From an uncultured Oscillospiraceae bacterium (GTDB taxonomy: Bacteria; Bacillota; Clostridia; Oscillospirales; Ruminococcaceae), in the NCBI GenBank assembly GCA_964369965.1, contig CAYJGF010000006.1, positions 2,321 to 66,320 on the forward strand: DNA of 64,000 bases, written 5' to 3'. Both the position numbers and the translations under genes were made by a program. Below, one piece after another: positions 1-8,539 of this stretch (positions are counted from its first letter, which is position 1; each line of letters starts with the position of its first letter). The notes beneath the pieces are model-generated. The model was not told where the DNA came from. It made no database searches and saw nothing but the letters and a program-made list of their open reading frames with translations.

Positions 1-16
1 TTATTTGTTAGGGGTG

Positions 17-1897
17 TTACTGTGAATAAGGTGAGCCGTTCGATGTGGCTGTGCCGCCGTTTGCGTTTGTGAAAGTGTTTCCTGGGCTGGTATAGATGCC
101 GGCGGCTTGGCCACTACCACTAGTACCGTTACCGCCCACCGCAACTATCGTGCCACCTCTATATGTTGCGGAATCACCGTTTTTACCATTGCCGTTTATA
201 AATATTCCCTCACCGCCGCCACTGGAGCCGTCACCACCGGTGGCTGTTATAATGACTGGATTTTGTACATATAGATCACCGACAAGCATTGCATTGGCAC
301 CGCCATGAGCTCCGTCTGCGCCGTTTATAGTCAAACTGCCCTGTCCGTGAAGATGTATATTATGCACTAACATCTTATCAGCGGCATAAAGCCCGTGGAT
401 GCCGGCACCTGTTCCTCTCACGGTGTTTACCCCCACAAGGTCGATCGACAGACCAACCTCGGTGTGAATTGCCCCGAATTTATTTGATCCATCAGAATTG
501 TCGTAACTGATATTAGCGCCTTGCAACACAAGGATCCCGGTTTGTTGCGACATCGGAACAAAAAAGGTGGATTTATCACCCAAAATGTCGGTGAAGTTTT
601 GGTCGGTTATCTGTCTGCCGGACACCCAGATGTTATAGGTTGCAACTAAATTATTCGAGTCATACACACCCACCACCGCAACATCACTTCGCAACTTTGT
701 GCCTGTGCTGTCCGTGACCTCGCAATAATAGTATAACACACCTGTAGCATAGGTGGATGGTCTGAGATTTTTACCGTTTTCACCGGGTATGGTATTATAG
801 ATTTGGCTAAAACCATTACTTACAAACCACTGATAGCTTATCGTGCCGGTTCCTCCCGTTGTCTCGACCGAAAGCTCGGCATTGTTGGGGTTTGTGCTCG
901 AAATAACCATACTCTGCGGCTGTTTTGTTATCGCAAGAGGAGTCGTCGGTGTCGGGGTTGGCGTCGGTGTCGGGGTTGGCGTCGGGGTTGCGGTTCCCAC
1001 CACACTTACATTGACTATGTTGCTGGTACGGCTGTAGGTATAACCGCCGTAGCTATCACTCACGACACAGAAATAGTATTGGCTGTACGGACCGCCGGTG
1101 TCGATGTTGTAGCTACTGCCGGTTTTGCCGGTGAGCGGCACCGCACCCTCGGTGCTATTCGACAGGGAAGTGTACCACTGATAGGTCAGCGCGCGTCCAC
1201 TGTTGGAGCTCGCTGCAACGCTCAGACTGGAGTTGGAGTGCTGTTCAAAGTTGCCGCCCTGCGGTTGGGTGGTTATTGCAAAACTGTAGGAGTTGTCCTC
1301 CACGCTACTGCTGCTACTCGAACTACTGCTACTGCTACTACTGCTACTGCTGCTGCTTTCGCTACTGCTGCTCTCGCTGCTACTGCTACTCGAACTGCTA
1401 CTGCTGTCGTCATCGTCATCGTCCGGGTCGACAACGGTCACGGAGAACATGGGGGATAGGATGGACGCCTGGCTTTCATCATCCCCCTCCAAGCCTAAAA
1501 GTGTCGCCATGCCATCGCCCGAATCATATTCATAGAGAAGTTCAATATAATAATAGGTGGTCCCGACGACGCTTGTGTCGGGGGTAAAGGTGAAAGCCAC
1601 CGGCGAATTTTCCGGAAAGGGGTTGGAAAAATTCGCGCCGTATCGAATGGGCAAACCATGATACTTGTTGTCGCTACTTATCACATCAGCCGTGGAACTG
1701 CGCCAGTTTGCCTCAATAATGCCTTCCGTCTCACCGAAGTCTACCGTCACCGTCACGGTCAACGGCTCGGCAACCTCCCCCAGCTCGTAGGTCACATTCT
1801 CCGGCACCACAAAGGAGTACTCCCCGAGCGATTCACCACAGGAAGTAAAAGTAAGCAGTGCGGCGATAAATGCAATCGCGACCGTTAATTTTTTCAT
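17..1897 (-). CDS. Cell-surface (probably lipid-anchored) protein with Ig-like repeats, poly-Asp/Ser and (Thr-Pro)n linkers and a Gly-rich C-terminal region
   Basis: ORF 17..1948. The internal Met at 1897 gives MKKLTVAIAFIAALLTFTSC, a signal peptide with a lipobox-like Cys. Two related ...(T/S)YQW(Y/F)... segments are separated by a TPTPTP linker. A D6 plus long Ser run and GGxG-rich C-terminal repeats follow. Function is inferred from composition only. Confidence 0.7.
   Translation of the reverse strand: MKKLTVAIAFIAALLTFTSCGESLGEYSFVVPENVTYELGEVAEPLTVTVTVDFGETEGIIEANWRSSTADVISSDNKYHGLPIRYGANFSNPFPENSPVAFTFTPDTSVVGTTYYYIELLYEYDSGDGMATLLGLEGDDESQASILSPMFSVTVVDPDDDDDDSSSSSSSSSSESSSSESSSSSSSSSSSSSSSSSSVEDNSYSFAITTQPQGGNFEQHSNSSLSVAASSNSGRALTYQWYTSLSNSTEGAVPLTGKTGSSYNIDTGGPYSQYYFCVVSDSYGGYTYSRTSNIVNVSVVGTATPTPTPTPTPTPTPTTPLAITKQPQSMVISSTNPNNAELSVETTGGTGTISYQWFVSNGFSQIYNTIPGENGKNLRPSTYATGVLYYYCEVTDSTGTKLRSDVAVVGVYDSNNLVATYNIWVSGRQITDQNFTDILGDKSTFFVPMSQQTGILVLQGANISYDNSDGSNKFGAIHTEVGLSIDLVGVNTVRGTGAGIHGLYAADKMLVHNIHLHGQGSLTINGADGAHGGANAMLVGDLYVQNPVIITATGGDGSSGGGEGIFINGNGKNGDSATYRGGTIVAVGGNGTSGSGQAAGIYTSPGNTFTNANGGTATSNGSPYSQ
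941..986 (-). repeat. Coding (Thr-Pro)n short tandem repeat inside the surface-protein gene
   Basis: Reiterated ggcgtcggtgtcggggtt units on the + strand encode TPTPTPTPTPTPTP. Confidence 0.8.
1300..1430 (-). repeat. Coding poly-Ser / poly-Asp trinucleotide-repeat tract inside the surface-protein gene
   Basis: An imperfect (gct/act)n run followed by (gtc/atc)n encodes DDDDDD plus about 35 Ser with a few Glu. Confidence 0.8.
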
Positions 1898-1987
1898 CAG
1901 CTCGGCACCGGTGGTGTGGGCTGATTTTGTGTCATATATTTTATTCATCTATTATATCCCCAGACATTTTCTATTATTATATCATAT

Positions 1988-2015
1988 TTACGGAAAATTA
2001 CAAGAAGTAAATTCA
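1988..2015 (-). promoter_or_regulatory. Candidate sigma-70 type promoter for the surface-protein gene
   Basis: The minus strand reads TTGTAA, a 16-nt spacer, then TATAAT, about 90 nt upstream of the ATG at 1897. Confidence 0.45.
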
Positions 2016-2117
2016 TATTTTTTAAATCACCTTGAAAACGGGTCGTCGAGGGCGCTTGCCCAACAAATATATTTAATCCCACCGGACTATCCGATGGGGG
2101 GGGGAGTTGTTTATTTG

Positions 2118-2290
2118 TTAGGGTGTTGAGGGAGGATGACTCAAGCCGTTCGATGTGGCTGTGCCACCGTTTTCGTTTGTGGAGGTGCCGCCCAAATTTT
2201 CAATCCCTTCGGCTTGAGAAACACCGCCTCCAATTTGGTTACCGCCTGTTGCAACTATCGTGCCACCTTTATATTCCTCAGTAGACGTAG
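2118..2290 (-). pseudogene. 3' remnant of a paralog of the 17..1897 surface-protein gene
   Basis: Nucleotides 2111..2180 align with 1..70 (ttatttgtta gggGtgtt...agccgttcgatgtggctgtgcc(g/a)ccgtt). The minus-strand translation ...EEYKGGTIVATGGNQIGGGVSQAEGIENLGGTSTNENGGTATSNGLSHPPSTP* parallels the C-terminus YRGGTIVAVGGNGTSGSGQAAGIYTSPGNTFTNANGGTATSNGSPYSQ*. No start codon or N-terminal part is present. Confidence 0.65.
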
Positions 2291-3094
2291 ACAGCTGTTG
2301 ATAGGGGTATTATCGGCGGCGTCGATATTGTCCTTGATATGATCTGTAACGTTCATTCCGCTGAGCACGGTGCCTACACCCTCATGATTCATGACAAATC
2401 TAAGCGCCCAATTTGCGGGGCTTCGTTGTGTTTTATAGTTTTTAAAAATCTCTCTCACCTTGTCGGGGGCTTGATTTGACAGAGCGCCACCACGCAGTGG
2501 CTCCATAATTACAACACCGATTCCGAGTTCGACAGCTCTTATCAATATAATTATACTGGATTTGGCAAAACTCCCACGGATAGTCCTCTAAGATTTTAAT
2601 AAAATCCTCTGGTCTGCCGTGGTATGAAAAACCGATGTGTTTAATTTGCCCTGTATTCTTTTTCTCGTTGATGAAGTCAATTATGCCGAAAGATTTTAGT
2701 TTTTCCCAATCGGATAAACTGGTGAGCATATGCATGAGATAATAGTCTATGTAGTCGGTATTCAATCTCCCCAGTTGAGTTGTAAAAAACTTTTGCGCCT
2801 GTTGTGGTTTATTGACTAAAAAAGCAGGGAGTTTATCGGCGATGTACACCTTTTCACGTATATTGTTTTTACTGACAAACTCCCCTAAAACCACCTCGCT
2901 TTTCCCCCCGTGATATGGGTATACGGTATCAAATAATTAACGCCGTTATCATAGGCATACTTTAACTGCTCAAACGTAAGCTCCTTATCAATTCCACCGC
3001 CTTTAGTGGGGAAGCGCATACATCCGTATCCCAAAAGAGAGACCTCGGGTGCGTCTTTTACAAGTGTTCTGTATTGCATTTTATTTCTCCTCAT
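2255..3094 (-). pseudogene. Aldo/keto reductase, disrupted by at least two frameshifts and truncated at the 3' end
   Basis: Three consecutive minus-strand ORFs in different frames (2885..3094, 2442..2894, 2255..2545) together read like one AKR: ...LLGYGCMRFP...YDNGVNY // VLGEFV...TDYIDYYLMH...HIGFSYHG // ELGIGVVIMEPLRGG.... The last fragment runs into the surface-protein remnant instead of an AKR C-terminus. Confidence 0.8.
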
Positions 3095-3180
3095 AATGTT
3101 GACGCATATAAATTACACAGTGTATGTTAATAGTATACACTGTGTAACTAATTTTGTCAATGTTATTGTGAAGATAACAA

Positions 3181-3206
3181 TATGGACATGATAAAGCATG
3201 TCCATA
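3181..3206 (-). terminator. Candidate intrinsic terminator after the ydcF-like gene
   Basis: Perfect hairpin TATGGACATG-ataaag-CATGTCCATA, 10 nt beyond the stop at 3216. On the minus-strand transcript it is followed by a U-containing stretch (UUGUUAUCUU). Confidence 0.5.
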
Positions 3207-3215
3207 CAGAAAAAA

Positions 3216-3962
3216 TTATTTTTTCAATACCCACAATCTTATTATCGCCGCGAGTTCTCGGCTGTACGAGGGGAGGAGTTGAGGTATTGAAAGTTTTGAC
3301 GGTGCGAAAGTAGGGGCGGTGATCCCCTGCATTTTCGCGTATGCGGCAGAGCGGTAGCAGTGGAAATGATTTGTTGCGATAAGCACCCCTCCCGAAAGGT
3401 TCGTGTGGTGCTTATCAAAGAGTATCAGCGCATTTTTTATGTTTGTGTAGGTGTCGTGGGAGTCGGGGTCGTACAATATATCGACACTCGGTATGCCGTT
3501 GTCGAGCAGGTACTGCCTCATCGCCTGAGCCTCCGGTATAATCTCATAATACCCCTTTGAGCCGGTCACACAGATTGTCACACCCTTATGTTTATTATAA
3601 AATCTTATTGCGCTGTCAAGTCGACTTTTGAGTGTTTTAGAGACCTCGGTCCCGTTTAGACCGGCGCCGAGGACTATGACCGCCTTTTCCTTTTTTGTCA
3701 TCAGTGGATAATCAAGCCGTGCTACGACAAACATCATAATGATATAAGCGCTTAGTCCGACAATAAAAATTATGGCTAAAACAAGCCCGAGTCCGTCGGA
3801 GCATATTGCGTTGACCGTGTCAAAAAACAGCGCATAAATCGTTGCAATAATAGTTAAAGCATAGACAAAAAATGTGCCGAAATGTAGATTGGAGCGCAAT
3901 AAGAGCAGGGCGCTGTTTGAAACAAGTAACAGTGCAATTATTATTATAACAAATCTTATCAT
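3216..3962 (-). CDS. YdcF/ElyC/SanA (DUF218) family membrane protein
   Basis: Three N-terminal TM helices are followed by a DUF218-like core (VIVLGAGLNG...ICVTGSKG...EAQAMRQYL...DTYTN). Confidence 0.75.
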   Translation of the reverse strand: MIRFVIIIIALLLVSNSALLLLRSNLHFGTFFVYALTIIATIYALFFDTVNAICSDGLGLVLAIIFIVGLSAYIIMMFVVARLDYPLMTKKEKAVIVLGAGLNGTEVSKTLKSRLDSAIRFYNKHKGVTICVTGSKGYYEIIPEAQAMRQYLLDNGIPSVDILYDPDSHDTYTNIKNALILFDKHHTNLSGGVLIATNHFHCYRSAAYAKMQGITAPTFAPSKLSIPQLLPSYSRELAAIIRLWVLKK

Positions 3963-3966
3963 ATAT

Positions 3967-4953
3967 CTATTTTAGCCCGATTTTCTCGTACAATCTCTGT
4001 TTGACCGCAAGTGAGTGCTCCTGCGCCTTTTGTGCGCCTTTTTTAAGCACCTCATCCAGTGTGGTTTTGTCGGCGAGCAACCGTTTATATTCCGCTTGAA
4101 TGGGGGCGAGTTCGTCGCATACCGCCTCCCCCACCGCTAATTTAAAGTCGCCGTAACCTCTGCCGTCAAATTCCCTTTCAATCTCGTCATAACTCTTGCC
4201 GCTCACCGCACCGTAGATAGACATGAGGTTCGCAACACCGGGGCCGTCCTCTCGCAGGGTGACCGCGGCGGCACTGTCGGTGACGGCACGCTTAAACTTC
4301 TTTATAATAACATCGCGCTCGTCGGTCAAAAGCACCGTCGCGTTTTTGTTCGCATCTGACTTGCTCATCTTGGCATTTGGGTCGGCGAGGCTCATTATCC
4401 TCGCGCCCACCTTGGGGAAATAACCCTCCGGCACGACCATAGTCCCCTCACCAAAACGTTGATTTAAACGCACGGCGATGTTGCGCGCCAGTTCAAGGTG
4501 TTGTTTTTGGTCGGCGCCGACCGGCACGAGATGTGCGTCATAACTCAATATATCGGACGCCATCAAAACCGGATAGGAAAAAAGCCCACAGTTGATGTTG
4601 TCGGCATGTTTTGTCGATTTTTCTTTAAACTGGGTCATGCGAGACAGCTCCCCGAAAGGCGTAAAACAGCCGAGCACCCACGCCACTTCAGCATGTGTCC
4701 TCACGTCGCTTTGCACAAAAAGGGTGCTGGTGTTACTGTCCACACCACATGCAAGCGTCAACGCCGCCGACGAGCGCGTTGTTCGCAACAACTCCGCCGG
4801 ATCCTGCTCCACCGTTATTGCATGAAGATTGACGATGCAATAGATACAGTCATGCTCCCGTTGCAACTCGGCCCAGTTTTTAAGTGCCCCCAAATAGTTG
4901 CCAAGAGTAAATCCACCGGTCGGCTGTATGCCGCTAAATATGGTTTTTTTCAT
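3967..4953 (-). CDS. trpS: Tryptophan--tRNA ligase
   Basis: Class I aaRS with FSGIQPTG..TLGNYLG (HIGH-like) and KMSKSD motifs. Its 328 aa length is typical of TrpRS. Confidence 0.95.
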   Translation of the reverse strand: MKKTIFSGIQPTGGFTLGNYLGALKNWAELQREHDCIYCIVNLHAITVEQDPAELLRTTRSSAALTLACGVDSNTSTLFVQSDVRTHAEVAWVLGCFTPFGELSRMTQFKEKSTKHADNINCGLFSYPVLMASDILSYDAHLVPVGADQKQHLELARNIAVRLNQRFGEGTMVVPEGYFPKVGARIMSLADPNAKMSKSDANKNATVLLTDERDVIIKKFKRAVTDSAAAVTLREDGPGVANLMSIYGAVSGKSYDEIEREFDGRGYGDFKLAVGEAVCDELAPIQAEYKRLLADKTTLDEVLKKGAQKAQEHSLAVKQRLYEKIGLK

Positions 4954-5483
4954 CTTTTTATGTCAATCCTTTCAGTTTAATGCCTCTTTTCATAACTATA
5001 ACACATTTTAATTGTATTTTCAATTATTATAATAGTTTTTCTAAAAACAACACATTGAAATAGTAATTTAGTGTGAACAGAACACAAACACATTGAAGTC
5101 GTTTACACAGCTTTAGCAAACGCAGTCAAACAAAATTTGTGTTTGAGCAAATAATAAAACCCGAGTAGGGATTTGTTATTTGTGAGTTAAATTTTGTAAC
5201 AGCTTTAGCTGTCAACTGCGTTCTATAATGCGGACAGCCAAGAACACGCTAGGGTTTGGGACATGCGCGAACTCGTCAAGAGTTCGGGAGTCCACAACAC
5301 TTTTTGTTACTTTTTGGTGTCAAAAAGTAAAGAAACGAGCACTGCGGCGATGCAGTAAGAAATATAAACACAAAGCATAATCATATCAATTATAACCAAT
5401 AAACCGCAATCCCTACACCACACCATAAAATCCAATTTATAATAATGTTTACAGATGTATAAATTAAAAATACACGAATTTAT

Positions 5484-5511
5484 TTGACAAACCACAAATT
5501 ACCACTATAAT
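5484..5511 (+). promoter_or_regulatory. Candidate sigma-70 type promoter for gltX
   Basis: TTGACA, 16-nt spacer, TATAAT, 37 nt upstream of the gltX ATG. An AAGGAAAC ribosome binding site (RBS) follows. Confidence 0.55.
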
Positions 5512-5547
5512 ATTAATTATAATAATATATAAGGAAACAACGATAAG

Positions 5548-7002
5548 ATGAAAAAGACACGGACGAGATTTGCACCCAGCCCAACCGGATACATGCATGT
5601 CGGCAACCTGCGCACCGCGCTTTATGCCTACCTCAAGGCGCGGCAGGATGACGGTACATTTATTCTGCGCATCGAGGACACCGACCGAGAGCGCTATGTC
5701 GAGGGTGCGGTGGATATAATTTATAACACCCTGCGTGAGACAGGGCTGACATGGGATGAGGGTCCCGACGTCGGTGGACCCTGCGAGCCGTATGTGCAGA
5801 GTGAACGCGCAAACAGCTATATCCCTCTCGCCGAAAAACTTATTGAAAGCGGTCATGCCTACCGCTGTTTTTGCACCAAAGAGCGATTGGAGCAACAGCG
5901 CGCTATCCAGTCCGCCGGCGGCACCGCGCCGATGTACGACGGTCACTGTCGTCATCTTGAGAATGGCGAGATAGAAAAAAATCTTGCGAGCGGTATGCCC
6001 TACGTCATACGTCAGGCTATGCCGAAAACAGGCGATGTCTCGTTCGAGGACATGGTCTACGGTCATATCGAGGTGGATGCCGCACTGCTCGATGATCAAA
6101 TTCTTATCAAGACGGACGGTATGCCGACCTATAACTTTGCCAACGTTATCGACGACCACGCGATGGATATCACGCATATCATAAGAGGGAGTGAGTATCT
6201 GTCCTCCACTCCAAAATACAACCTACTCTATCAGGCGTTCGGCTGGGATATTCCGGTCTATATCCACTGCCCACCCGTCATGAAGGACGCGACCCACAAG
6301 CTGTCAAAGCGCAACGGCGATGCCTCCTATGAGGATCTGGTGGAAAAGGGATATCTTAAAGAGGCTCTTGTCAACTACATTGCACTGCTCGGATGGGGAC
6401 CTAAAGACGAGCGTGAAATATTCACTCTCTCGGAGCTTATAGCGACCTTTGATGTGTCCGGCATTAGCAAAAGCCCTGCTATATTCGATTATGACAAGCT
6501 GCGCCATATCAATGCGGAGCATATTCGCGCACTGCCGTTTGAGACTTTTTATGACATAGCAACAAAGGTCATTAAAGGCACGGTCAACGACGATTGCGAC
6601 CTCAATCTGCTTTGCACCATGTTGCAAAAACGCACGGAATTGCTATCCGATATACCGGAGCAGGTGGATTTTATTGATAAGTTGCCGGACTATGACACCG
6701 ACATGTATGTCAGCAAGAAGATGAAGACCACCAAGGAGGGCTCACTCGAGATACTGCGTGAAATGTTGCCCCTTTTGGAGAGTTTAGAGGACTTCAGCCA
6801 CGATGCGCTTCACACCGCGATATTTGACTTTATCGCAAAAAAAGAGGTCAAAAACGGTATTGTGCTCTGGCCACTGCGCGTTGCGGTATCCGGCAAGCAG
6901 TTCACACCGGGTGGCGGCACGGAACTCGCGGCGGTGATAGGCAAAGAAAAAACTCTATCCCGAATAGCCGTCGGAATAGAGCTTTTAGAAAAATCACTTT
7001 AA
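5548..7002 (+). CDS. gltX: Glutamate--tRNA ligase
   Basis: [19 protein letters not shown] (HIGH region), KLSKRNG (KMSKS), 484 aa. Confidence 0.95.
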   Translation: MKKTRTRFAPSPTGYMHVGNLRTALYAYLKARQDDGTFILRIEDTDRERYVEGAVDIIYNTLRETGLTWDEGPDVGGPCEPYVQSERANSYIPLAEKLIESGHAYRCFCTKERLEQQRAIQSAGGTAPMYDGHCRHLENGEIEKNLASGMPYVIRQAMPKTGDVSFEDMVYGHIEVDAALLDDQILIKTDGMPTYNFANVIDDHAMDITHIIRGSEYLSSTPKYNLLYQAFGWDIPVYIHCPPVMKDATHKLSKRNGDASYEDLVEKGYLKEALVNYIALLGWGPKDEREIFTLSELIATFDVSGISKSPAIFDYDKLRHINAEHIRALPFETFYDIATKVIKGTVNDDCDLNLLCTMLQKRTELLSDIPEQVDFIDKLPDYDTDMYVSKKMKTTKEGSLEILREMLPLLESLEDFSHDALHTAIFDFIAKKEVKNGIVLWPLRVAVSGKQFTPGGGTELAAVIGKEKTLSRIAVGIELLEKSL

Positions 7003-7014
7003 CAAGGGAAATAT

Positions 7015-7890
7015 ATGATTGATTGTATCGGGCAATCCTGCCCAATATGTAACCGCAGATTTTTAGAGGGGGACGATGTGGTCGTCTGCCCCGACTGTGG
7101 CGCGCCGCACCACCGAGATTGCTATAAAGAGCAGGGGCACTGTGCCCACAAGGAGCTGCACGGCACCGACTTTTCCTGGAAAAAGACTCCCCCTGAGCCA
7201 CTGCCGAAAAGTTGCCCCAACTGTAACTCCACCAACGAGCCGAACGCTCCCTTTTGCAAAAACTGCGGTATGCCGATGGACACACCGGTGCCGGTTGAGA
7301 TCAAGAGTGATAAGAACTTTGTGGAGGCGATTTCAGCCATTGAGATGTTCGACAGGATCACCGGTATATCGGACAATGACGAGCTGGACGGCATCAAGAT
7401 AAAGGATTGGAAGACCTATATAGGAACTGCCGCACCGCGATATCTCTTCACCTTTAAACGTATGGATGAGACCGGCAAGAAGATAAGTTTTTGCCTTTCG
7501 GCTATGTTTTTTGCCCCCTTTTATTTCCTGTACCGTCGAATGTGGCTTTTGGGGGTGGTTGCGCTTATAATTGAGATGATATTCTCCCTGCCTGCCGCGT
7601 TTTTAATAGTATCGGAGCTGTACAACATTGCGGTGCCGTTGGAACAGGATATGCTGTTGATTTTAGCGAACATTTCCAATTTCTTTATGTTGGCGGCAAA
7701 CGCCGGATGGGGGCTTTTTGCCTATTATCTATACCGCAAGACCGCCGCGAAACAGATAAAGAGGATGCGCGAGGTATCCTCTGACGAAAAGGAGTTTAAC
7801 GACGTGTTGGAGCGCCGCTCCGGCCCCTGTAAAGCTGTTTTGATTGCGGTGGTGGGACTGGTGGTTTTTACGCTTTTTTCGCAGATTTAA
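7015..7890 (+). CDS. RING-like zinc finger plus zinc-ribbon N-terminus fused to a DUF2628-like multi-TM domain
   Basis: CPICNRRF...VVCPDCGAPHHRDCY..GHCAH, then CPNCNS...FCKNCG, then about four TM helices. Confidence 0.6.
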   Translation: MIDCIGQSCPICNRRFLEGDDVVVCPDCGAPHHRDCYKEQGHCAHKELHGTDFSWKKTPPEPLPKSCPNCNSTNEPNAPFCKNCGMPMDTPVPVEIKSDKNFVEAISAIEMFDRITGISDNDELDGIKIKDWKTYIGTAAPRYLFTFKRMDETGKKISFCLSAMFFAPFYFLYRRMWLLGVVALIIEMIFSLPAAFLIVSELYNIAVPLEQDMLLILANISNFFMLAANAGWGLFAYYLYRKTAAKQIKRMREVSSDEKEFNDVLERRSGPCKAVLIAVVGLVVFTLFSQI

Positions 7891-7910
7891 AACAGGACAA
7901 ACACATGATC

Positions 7911-8004
7911 GGGTGTAGGGGCGGTATCTATTTCCGCCCGACCCTGACCGTCGTCGTATATTTCGGGCGGCTATGGAATCCACCCCTACAACATGACCAT
8001 TTGA
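7911..8004. repeat. Intergenic structured repeat, copy A (GTAGGGGCGG ... CCACCCCTACAAC)
   Basis: Imperfect inverted repeat gtgtaggggcgg (7913..7924) / ccacccctacaac (7980..7992) with an internal GGGGCGG-n9-CCGCCC hairpin. It shares the CCCCTACAAC core with copies at 12415, 18021, 28616 and 51225. Confidence 0.7.
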
Positions 8005-8445
8005 TTATTCGCTGTCTTTATCCATGCTCTGCTTCAACTTATAGACCGCGTTTTTTAATACGGTCGGGAGTGGCACGCCGAGACCGCCGAGGTTTTCGAG
8101 GATGGAGATAGCCTCATTTACACAAAGCCAGATGGTGACCGTGACGGTGAGCATCTGAAAAAGGCTTTGCGGCACACCGGTTATCGGTGCAAAATTCAAC
8201 ATAAGATACTCTATCCCCACCGTGGTCGCTACCAATACCCAGTAGCCGACCTTTTTTATTGCGCCCTTTATGCCGACCTTGCTGGACAGCTCGCCACTGT
8301 CGATTGCGAGAAGAATTCCACTGCCATAGTCCAATACATTTGTTACAAACAGGATAATGAATAACGGTGTGTAAGGGCAAAACCATTGCCAGAAGGCTCC
8401 GGCGAGCGCACTGAGGGCCAGTATTGCTGTTTTAGATTCGTTCAT
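8005..8445 (-). CDS. Phage holin (LL-H/TcdE-like, holin_4 type)
   Basis: Four TM helices. Characteristic LDYGSGILLAI...KGAIKKVGYW...CVNEAISILENL motifs. Sits directly after a lysin gene. Confidence 0.85.
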   Translation of the reverse strand: MNESKTAILALSALAGAFWQWFCPYTPLFIILFVTNVLDYGSGILLAIDSGELSSKVGIKGAIKKVGYWVLVATTVGIEYLMLNFAPITGVPQSLFQMLTVTVTIWLCVNEAISILENLGGLGVPLPTVLKNAVYKLKQSMDKDSE

Positions 8446-8539
8446 GTTTGCCGTCCTTTCTTTTGTATAGACATTTAACCCTGAAAAACATGCGATATTA
8501 TTGCAAAGATGAGTTGGTCCTCAGGGTTAAATTACTATT

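Noticed and set aside
803-1587. Plus-strand ORFs of 218, 64, 103 and 80 aa (Arg/Cys/Leu-rich low-complexity proteins)
   Set aside because: They are antisense shadows of the poly-Ser and (TP)n coding repeats of the 17..1897 gene. Their composition mirrors the repeats and they have no RBS.
4954-5300. Expected T-box riboswitch upstream of trpS
   Set aside because: Reading the minus strand, I found no T-box consensus (AGGGTGGTACCGCG-like) and no terminator/antiterminator pair. It cannot be called without a covariance-model scan.
5464-6177. 237-aa minus-strand ORF, plus a 62-aa ORF at 5307..5495
   Set aside because: The first is antisense to the clearly real gltX. The second lies in AT-rich promoter DNA and has an implausible composition.
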